From a virus, in IMG/VR virus record IMGVR_UViG_3300027749_000098, positions 7,421-71,420 of that record: a DNA stretch of 64,000 bases; one strand, 5' to 3'. This document shows positions 57,735-64,000 of this stretch, one piece after another. Both the position numbers and the translations under genes were made by a program. A model generated the notes under the pieces. That model had not been told where the DNA came from and did not search any database. It saw nothing but the letters and a program-made list of their open reading frames with translations. Numbering within the stretch: the first letter of the stretch is position 1; every line of letters begins with the position of its first letter.

Positions 57735-58664
57735 TTAATCGTCGCCGACTAATTTACTGAAATAACTCATATCATCATCTTCTTCATCATCAATTACCGC
57801 TGCAGCAAATGAAGCAGTAGTTTTCTTTTCAACTACATTTTGTACAAACACTTCATCTTCAACCTCATCAAGAGATTTTGCTGTATAATCTTCAGCAGTT
57901 TTATATTTTGATTGATTAGTTTGACCTAAAACTCTTTTTAACCTAGCATCTAAATCTGCATAAGATTTAAAGTTTTTAGGTTCCAATAATTCTTGTAAAG
58001 AATATTGTGATTTCCAAAGTTTTTCTAATTTATCATCATCGTCAAATAATGGACCTGCGCTATCAAATTCAGCTAAATCGTAGTTTTGATAACCATCAAC
58101 TTTACGAATTTTTAATTTGAAGTTAGCACCAGTCCAGAAATCAAATGGATCGATTGGTTTATCGTCTTCGAACTGAGGATTCATGGCTTGAGTAATTTTT
58201 TCAAAAATTTTCTTACCATAAACATATTTAAATACTTTTCCTTCGTGTTCAGGATGTTTTGTATCTTTAACGATATAAATGTTAGAAACATAGTGCAATC
58301 GACGTTTTTGCTTACGTGCTTGCTCTTTGTTAGCTTCAATTCCTGATTCCCATAGTTCGCTATTATATTTTCCTAACGGATCGTCAAGACCGATTGACGT
58401 TAAAGATTTCTCGATATACCAACCACCTGGACCTTGAAAGCCATGATCATAATATTTTGCCCATGGAAGACCGTCTGATTCAGCATCTTTTGGAGATGTT
58501 GGAAGAAAGCGAATAACCGCATAACCATTACCAGATTTGTCTAACTCACATTTCCAGTATTCATCTGCATCGCTATTTTGATTTCCGCCAGCCATTTGCT
58601 CAACAGCTTTAGCCATTTTTTCTAAGTTTGAGCCTGATGATTTTTTTAATTTAGAAAAGTCCAT
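57735..58664 (-). CDS. gp32: Single-stranded DNA-binding protein
   Basis: DKSGNGYAVIRFLP, HGFQGPGGWYIE.SLT, PFDFWTGANFKLKIR, acidic tail; start ATG 58664. Confidence 0.96.
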   Translation of the reverse strand: MDFSKLKKSSGSNLEKMAKAVEQMAGGNQNSDADEYWKCELDKSGNGYAVIRFLPTSPKDAESDGLPWAKYYDHGFQGPGGWYIEKSLTSIGLDDPLGKYNSELWESGIEANKEQARKQKRRLHYVSNIYIVKDTKHPEHEGKVFKYVYGKKIFEKITQAMNPQFEDDKPIDPFDFWTGANFKLKIRKVDGYQNYDLAEFDSAGPLFDDDDKLEKLWKSQYSLQELLEPKNFKSYADLDARLKRVLGQTNQSKYKTAEDYTAKSLDEVEDEVFVQNVVEKKTTASFAAAVIDDEEDDDMSYFSKLVGDD

Positions 58665-58725
58665 ATATAAACACCTTATTAACAATTAATTTAAACAATG
58701 TATTAACAACTTAACACAACTGATT

Positions 58726-59322
58726 TCACTCGGTAAATTCTTTGACTGTATTAATAAACGTCTTTTTGAATTTACTTTTATCATACTCTAAAAACGACCT
58801 ATATTTAAACAATTTAAGTTTAACTTTTGGCCAAACGAATTCATCTTTAATATTTACTTCCCATTTAGGTAGAAAATGTAAAAACTCATTCATAATTAAT
58901 ATAGTTTCCGGAGAAACTTCATTTCGTAATAACTTCGTTAATAATAACGGAAGGTCATCACTATTTGATTTGAATAACAATTTATGATTTTCTTCACCAA
59001 AAATTGATATTAACTCGCCTTCAAATACATAAGATAATGATTGACATTTCGTATTAAACTTTACGAAATTTTCATATGCTTCCTGCGATAACAAGTCTTG
59101 AACCCATACGTTTTCGTTTTGCAAAAAATTAGCGATAAAGAATTTTTTAAGATCCTCATCGCTAAATTTCTTTGCAAGTTTTTCATACACATATTTATGT
59201 GAATTTTTATCAAACTGCGCAGGAGTATATTTTACTTTTCCTTTATACTTATTGAAATCATAATCTGTTGTAAAATGTAGTTTTAAGGCTCGATATAAGC
59301 AACAAGCTGTATATCCTGACAT
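58726..59322 (-). CDS. gp59: Helicase loader
   Basis: Y.ALKLHFT..YDFNKYKGK, VSPETIL; upstream of gp32. Confidence 0.88.
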   Translation of the reverse strand: MSGYTACCLYRALKLHFTTDYDFNKYKGKVKYTPAQFDKNSHKYVYEKLAKKFSDEDLKKFFIANFLQNENVWVQDLLSQEAYENFVKFNTKCQSLSYVFEGELISIFGEENHKLLFKSNSDDLPLLLTKLLRNEVSPETILIMNEFLHFLPKWEVNIKDEFVWPKVKLKLFKYRSFLEYDKSKFKKTFINTVKEFTE

Positions 59323-59342
59323 TTTGTTTCACCTACTCAATA

Positions 59343-59371
59343 ATTATACTATACTACTTTTAAAAAGTCAA
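59343..59371 (-). promoter_or_regulatory. sigma70-like promoter for gp59-gp32
   Basis: TTGACT-N17-TATAAT. Confidence 0.75.
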
Positions 59372-59584
59372 GCGCGGAGATGAATTTTTTATCAACCTCA
59401 GCCCAATAGCTTCTTCTTCCATTTTAGATTTAAGAGCTGGAGATATCAGCGATATAATCGAATCAACTTCCAATTCTTTTTCCGAGCAGTACGATACAAT
59501 TGCATCCAGATACTCTAGTTTACTCGATTTTACTTTATCAAAAATAATATTCGAGAATTTATGCATTTCTTCAAAGTTTTCCAT
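59360..59584 (-). CDS. gp33: Late-transcription coactivator
   Basis: YLDAIVSYC....EVDS...LIS..LKSKMEEEA..L. Confidence 0.85.
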   Translation of the reverse strand: MENFEEMHKFSNIIFDKVKSSKLEYLDAIVSYCSEKELEVDSIISLISPALKSKMEEEAIGLRLIKNSSPRLTF

Positions 59585-60078
59585 TAAGCCATCTTCTTTG
59601 TATAAAAGTTAGTTTTACCTAGTTTTGACACTAGCTTGTAATTACCCTTTCCAAACCCCTTTCTACAGTAAATACTTCTGAAGAATAATACATTTGAACC
59701 AAAGTCTGGAAGAGAAACTTTGTTGCTTAGAATATCATTAGATAATTCTAAACTATTTTTCCACTCAGCACTACCCCATTTAATTTTGGGTCGGGTACAT
59801 ACCCATGAAAATTGACAGACTTTTCTCCCTTTACGAGTAGTAATTTCATTAACTACTGAACATATTGTTTTGGGAAAATGTTTATCTGATTTTCGATTTA
59901 AGACAACTTTAGCTACACCTTTTTTACCAGATAAAGGTTCTCCTCTGGTTTCATGATAAATTACTTTAGCCAAGCACGTTTTTTCTGATTCGTCTATTAA
60001 CGATTCTGCGAAACTCGCTTTTGATATTATTATTAGAGTAATAGCAAGAATTATCGCCTTTTTCGCAATTGAATACAT
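59584..60078 (-). CDS. Cell wall hydrolase, SleB/Hydrolase_2 family, with N-terminal signal-like segment
   Basis: CLAKVIYHETRGE...VAKVVLNR...FPKTICSVV...CQFSW. Confidence 0.88.
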   Translation of the reverse strand: MYSIAKKAIILAITLIIISKASFAESLIDESEKTCLAKVIYHETRGEPLSGKKGVAKVVLNRKSDKHFPKTICSVVNEITTRKGRKVCQFSWVCTRPKIKWGSAEWKNSLELSNDILSNKVSLPDFGSNVLFFRSIYCRKGFGKGNYKLVSKLGKTNFYTKKMA

Positions 60079-60210
60079 CTTTGTTTTTCTCCTTAAAAAG
60101 TATCCAATACAAACACAACGGAATACTTTTAATTATGAAATTAGGACTTTTTCTTTTCCTGAAAAGCTACTAATTTTGTTAAAAAATTTCAAAAACTAAT
60201 GATATAAGAG

Positions 60211-60218
60211 TATTTATA
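60211..60218 (-). promoter_or_regulatory. Late promoter TATAAATA (hydrolase)
   Basis: Exact consensus. Confidence 0.65.
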
Positions 60219-60241
60219 TTAACTCATTACCATAACTATAT

Positions 60242-60270
60242 ATTATACTACAAATTCCAAAAAGTCAAGC
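60242..60270 (-). promoter_or_regulatory. sigma70-like promoter
   Basis: GC-TTGACT...TATAAT. Confidence 0.6.
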
Positions 60271-60915
60271 ACTTTTTAAATATAACTTTTTTCGCTCAAC
60301 TAATGGCTTGATATAAGGTCTAATTTCCTTGACAAAAACTTGAGGTTTTCGATCTTCAACCGCAATTATTGTCACGATCTGTTTAATTTTACTACCAGTT
60401 ATTTCTTGATATGCTAGGGCATAAAAAGTTTCCTGCAGCAGATAATCTTGAATCCACTCTTCTTTTTTATCCCTACGGGAATTCTTAAAATCAATTACAG
60501 ATAATAATCCATCAAACTCAGCAATACAATCAACAGTTCCAGCAATTTGCAATTTATCACTGTATAGAGTTGCTTCTTGACAATGAATGTTGTTAATTCT
60601 ATTTAAAACAGGTTTAAGCGAATAGAACATTTCTAATGCATCAGGCATTTTACAAGAAAGAGGTCTATTGTTAAGATAATCTTCGCACATTAGGTGAAGA
60701 TTAGTTCCTCTTTTAGATGAATTGGCGGAAATACGATCAGCTTCGTTATCTCCAACGCGTTTCCGCCATTCATTAAGATGAGTTTTATCAGCAGTGGAAC
60801 CTAAGACATTGGTAATAGATGGATAACATTTATGACCTATTTGATAATGTCGACTACCATTTATATCAACTCTTGGGTATTCCGTTAATTCAATATTAAC
60901 ATGACAAAAATTCAT
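60265..60915 (-). CDS. PD-(D/E)XK exonuclease
   Basis: YPSITNVL, RGTNLH, AGTVDCIAEFDG.LSVIDFKNS; start probably ATG 60915; phoH-adjacent as in T4-like aquatic phages. Confidence 0.88.
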   Translation of the reverse strand: MNFCHVNIELTEYPRVDINGSRHYQIGHKCYPSITNVLGSTADKTHLNEWRKRVGDNEADRISANSSKRGTNLHLMCEDYLNNRPLSCKMPDALEMFYSLKPVLNRINNIHCQEATLYSDKLQIAGTVDCIAEFDGLLSVIDFKNSRRDKKEEWIQDYLLQETFYALAYQEITGSKIKQIVTIIAVEDRKPQVFVKEIRPYIKPLVERKKLYLKSA

Positions 60916-60935
60916 TTTATTTCTCTCTATTAAAC

Positions 60936-60943
60936 TATAAATA
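60936..60943 (+). promoter_or_regulatory. Late promoter TATAAATA for the GIY-YIG endonuclease
   Basis: Exact consensus followed by a structured leader. Confidence 0.75.
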
Positions 60944-61017
60944 ATAAAAAAGCTACTCGCGGAACGCCAATTCCCAGTAGCACTAAACATTCCTTACAAT
61001 ATTCATGGAGAACATTA

Positions 61018-61767
61018 ATGTCCAGCACAAATACTTATATTATTACAGAATATCAACGTTCAAAATTTAAACCAACATATTTGATGATCAAGCAGCATCA
61101 AATTACAGGCAAAAAATATTTTTGTAAAACTACGAGAAATAATCCAATAAAATATCTTGGGTCAGGTAAGTATTGGAAATCACATATACAAAAATATGGA
61201 AAACAATATATTGAAACCAAATGGTATAAATTGTTTACCAATATAGATGAATTAGTTTCTTTTGCTTTAAATTTTTCTTATGAAAATAATATTGTTGAGT
61301 CGGATGATTGGGCTAACTTAATCTTTGAAAATGGATTGGATGGAGGATCAAATTCAGAAACAATATCAGAACAAACTAAAATAAAAATGAGTCTTGCGCA
61401 AACAGGAAAAGTTATGTCTATTGAATCCAGTATAAAAAAATCAATTGCAAATAACGGGCAAAGTAGAACCAAACAACAAAAAAATAATATATCAATTGCA
61501 TTAACTGGAATAAAAAAATCCGAAGAACACAAGAAAAATTTATCAATTAGTAGAACAGGGAAAACATACCCAAAAATATCCGAAAGTCAATCATATAAGT
61601 GGGTATGTATAAACACCAAATTTAATCAAGAATATAAAACTACACGATTAAAAGAATTTTGTAAAGAACACAATTTAAATTATAGTTCAGCAAAAGGTTC
61701 TAATGGTAAAATATCGAAATATGGAATAAATACTGGTTGGATATTTAAAAACCATAAACACATTTAA
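61018..61767 (+). CDS. Seg-like GIY-YIG homing endonuclease with NUMOD3-like repeats
   Basis: TYLMIK...GKKYFCKT...YLGSGKYW; KSEEHKKNLSISRTGK; inserted antisense between phoH and the exonuclease. Confidence 0.85.
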   Translation: MSSTNTYIITEYQRSKFKPTYLMIKQHQITGKKYFCKTTRNNPIKYLGSGKYWKSHIQKYGKQYIETKWYKLFTNIDELVSFALNFSYENNIVESDDWANLIFENGLDGGSNSETISEQTKIKMSLAQTGKVMSIESSIKKSIANNGQSRTKQQKNNISIALTGIKKSEEHKKNLSISRTGKTYPKISESQSYKWVCINTKFNQEYKTTRLKEFCKEHNLNYSSAKGSNGKISKYGINTGWIFKNHKHI

Positions 61768-61768
61768 T

Positions 61769-62473
61769 CTATAGATTTAATTTTTCTTTAGCAATAAGAA
61801 AACTTTTAACGATATCTGAACGCACGATGTCGTCAACAGTAAATTCAACTAAAGAAAATTCAGACATAATTGTGGCAATAGAAATTAAATCTTTAACTCC
61901 TGAATTTTCTTTTCGTTCATTTAAATCTGACTGACGAACGTCCCCAGCAAAAATAATTTTTGAATTTTCCCCTAATCTTGTTACGATTGTCGAGATTTCA
62001 TGTAATGTCATATTTTGAATTTCATCTACGAAAATTAAACAATTGGCATATGTTAAACCTCTCAAAAATGAAGAGGATTCAAATTCTATAATATCTTTTT
62101 GTTTCATAATATCATAAGCATCAGCTCGACCAAACAATTCATTAATTATTGACCGATATGGAGCTTCATAAACAGATATTTTTTCTCGTTCAGTTCCAGG
62201 AAGAAATCCTAAATCCCTAGTTGCAACAGCAGATCGCAGGATTACGATTTTACTAAATGCCGCTTCATCAAGCATTTCTTTTAGACCTAGATATAAACTT
62301 AAAAAACTTTTTCCAGAACCAGCACTACCATAAACGACTAGGTTCTTTCCTTCATCATACAAATCAAACACTTTCTTTTGGTTTTCTGTCATTGGATAGA
62401 TTTTTTTTAATTCAAAATGCAATGCAGAAACTCTATTTGCTGATTTTTTAGATCTGTTTTTAGGTTTTAACAT
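61769..62473 (-). CDS. phoH: PhoH-like ATPase
   Basis: GSAGSGKS, LGFLPG, FLRGLT, VDEIQN, GDVRQSDL, DIVRS. Confidence 0.95.
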   Translation of the reverse strand: MLKPKNRSKKSANRVSALHFELKKIYPMTENQKKVFDLYDEGKNLVVYGSAGSGKSFLSLYLGLKEMLDEAAFSKIVILRSAVATRDLGFLPGTEREKISVYEAPYRSIINELFGRADAYDIMKQKDIIEFESSSFLRGLTYANCLIFVDEIQNMTLHEISTIVTRLGENSKIIFAGDVRQSDLNERKENSGVKDLISIATIMSEFSLVEFTVDDIVRSDIVKSFLIAKEKLNL

Positions 62474-62502
62474 AAATTCCTTTTATGGTTGATTTAAAGT
62501 GA

Positions 62503-62545
62503 AAAACCCGCTTACCGATTATTAGTCGATTCGCGGGTCTTTTTT
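62503..62545. terminator. Stem-loop upstream of phoH
   Basis: ACCCGC...GCGGGT flanked by A and T runs. Confidence 0.45.
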
Positions 62546-62562
62546 ACTACTATAAGAACATC

Positions 62563-62835
62563 TCAATATTCCTTTGGAATTTGAAATTTTCTATCATGGA
62601 GTGTATTTCCAGGGATAGACTCTTTCATTCTTCCAATAACGCCTTTCATAAAATCAGCAGGCGGCTTTTTAATTCCTAGTCTAACTGGATCACCAAAACT
62701 AGTTTTTGAACATTCAGAATCATAATATCTTTGAATATGAGGATTATCTTTAACATATTCTTCATATTCAGCAATCTTCATAATTTTCTCAAAGATTTCG
62801 CCAGTTTCAGTATTTTTTAATGGATAGATTGGCAC
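62563..62835 (-). CDS. Conserved T4-like hypothetical protein (FmdB-like N-terminus)
   Basis: MPIYPLKNTETGEIFE...Y.KDNPH; typically precedes phoH. Confidence 0.7.
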   Translation of the reverse strand: MPIYPLKNTETGEIFEKIMKIAEYEEYVKDNPHIQRYYDSECSKTSFGDPVRLGIKKPPADFMKGVIGRMKESIPGNTLHDRKFQIPKEY

Positions 62836-62870
62836 AATTTAATTCCAATAGGGATAATATGATTATTTAT

Positions 62871-63212
62871 TTATGCAGCTTCTTTCGATGCAACCCATTC
62901 TTTATATTGATTAGTGCGTTTATCCACATTTCCTGTTGGTAGACGAGGTAAATGTTCTGGATATGCATTAGCAGCATTAACCAATTCTTCAGTAAAAACG
63001 ACATCCTTCTCAACAGAAAGTTTAACTGTAGGTTTAGCATACCTTTTTTTAAAATCAACAAATGACTCTAGTACACTGATATGAGTATCATTATCAAAAA
63101 AGATAACTGTTTCTTGACCTCCAGAAGAAGGAACTACATAAGCAATTTTCTCTGGATTTACTAAGATTTCCTCACCAAACTGATTTTTCGATTTAACTAT
63201 AAACATAAACAA
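62871..63212 (-). CDS. Hypothetical protein with an FlbD-like N-terminal domain
   Basis: EILVNPEKIAYV...TVIFF....ISVLES pattern. Confidence 0.55.
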   Translation of the reverse strand: MFMFIVKSKNQFGEEILVNPEKIAYVVPSSGGQETVIFFDNDTHISVLESFVDFKKRYAKPTVKLSVEKDVVFTEELVNAANAYPEHLPRLPTGNVDKRTNQYKEWVASKEAA

Positions 63213-63230
63213 ACTCCATTAAAAAATATT

Positions 63231-63259
63231 ATTATACTATATACTAACAAATTAGTCAA
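63231..63259 (-). promoter_or_regulatory. sigma70-like promoter (leftward)
   Basis: TTGACT-N17-TATAAT. Confidence 0.75.
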
Positions 63260-63275
63260 GCAAAAGAAAAAATGC

Positions 63276-63304
63276 TTGACTAAATAAACTTTATAGAATA
63301 CACT
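63276..63304 (+). promoter_or_regulatory. sigma70-like promoter (rightward) into the structured non-coding region
   Basis: GC-TTGACT-N17-TACACT. Confidence 0.7.
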
Positions 63305-63310
63305 ATGTAA

Positions 63311-63865
63311 AGTTGGCTCCGAACCCAACGTCACAGTTATACCCTACAATTTATTAGCAAAAAGTGAGATAGCAACTCACCTTACCGGAGAAACCCTTAT
63401 CTCCAGTAGGTCTGAAAAGATAAAATCTATATGTGACTAGATTATTATCGTACCTGAGACGAGGCAGACACTCTTAATAAGAGTAAAAGTATATATTCGA
63501 ATACTTTTCGGCGACTGGATAAAGGACGCCGTTATCATTAGTCTAGGGTCGGTCCCTTTTTCTGTTGTTTATGCGTCCTATGTTGATTTTAGCCACAACA
63601 CTTCTTCAGCCAATCAGAGCATAAATAATCGGCGGACTATCTTTAACAGGATAGTTTCTAGTTGTAATAGTTTTTGTAGCTGACACCCGCACCAGTTGCA
63701 GTTTTTCTTTAAAACCTAAGTGTATATATTCATATACATGAACGGGGGGTCAAAGAAATTCAATCTAAGAAAAACTGGATCTTGATTCCGAAGGAATCGA
63801 TCGAGCGAAGCGAAGATTATATTAGTATCAAATTAAATGTTCGCTTCGCTCACATTGCTTCGCTT
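63311..63865 (+). ncRNA. Candidate large structured non-coding RNA (or RNA-primed origin)
   Basis: No ORF of 60 aa or more; GC-richer; more than 12 hairpins and nested long-range helices; own promoter. Confidence 0.6.
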
Positions 63866-63896
63866 TATTAATTTATTAATGTTGTTAAATAAATGC

Positions 63897-63925
63897 TTGA
63901 CGAAAACAAAAATTCAAGTTACAAT
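63897..63925 (+). promoter_or_regulatory. sigma70-like promoter for the next gene
   Basis: GC-TTGACG-N17-TACAAT. Confidence 0.7.
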
Positions 63926-63971
63926 AAATAAAAATGTAGAAACAAATCTCCCCCTTCGGGAAATTAACCAT

Positions 63972-64000
63972 ATGGAATCAGTAATTGATTCTAACAGTAA
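63972..64000 (+). CDS. Start of an ORF running off the right edge
   Basis: ATG GAA TCA GTA ATT GAT..., downstream of the promoter; only 9 codons visible. Confidence 0.35.

Noticed and set aside
60916-60990. Extended N-terminus of the exonuclease in the ORF track (likewise gp55 at 2504, gp5 at 47898, gp32 at 58685)
   Set aside because: Extensions overlap promoters, leaders or the upstream gene; downstream ATGs fit the conserved N-termini better
63311-63800. DGR template repeat, tmRNA or tRNA
   Set aside because: No similarity to the 24189-24340 segment, no tRNA-like ends or T-arm; the 17-codon ORF at 63571 lacks an RBS and a tag-like C-terminus

Overview
AT-rich window from a T4-like (Tevenvirinae/cyanomyovirus-style) myophage genome. 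It covers the recombination/late-transcription genes (gp46/47/55, uvsW/Y), the head, neck, tail and baseplate module (gp23-gp13, fibres, VrlC-like, gp8/7/6/25/5/27/53/48), an opposite-strand gp4/gp2/gp54/gp26/gp51/tape-measure block, and gp32/59/33, exonuclease and phoH. T4 late promoters (TATAAATA) and sigma70-like promoters recur throughout. Main unusual elements: (1) two 'fractured' genes, gp46 and the large terminase, each split by an atypical short-IntN split intein with a free-standing endonuclease-like ORF behind its own late promoter; (2) a TET/JBP-family dioxygenase plus glycosyltransferase operon, both proteins ending in a T4 sliding-clamp-binding-like peptide, with no adjacent methyltransferase; (3) a probable -1 programmed frameshift fusing gp26 to gp51 just before the tape-measure gene; (4) a ~500-nt promoter-driven, multi-domain structured non-coding region near the right end; (5) a C-type-lectin-fold gene with a DGR-variable-region-like 3' end and a repeat-flanked FN3 gene cassette. 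All gene calls come from recognised motifs and synteny; no database searches were run.
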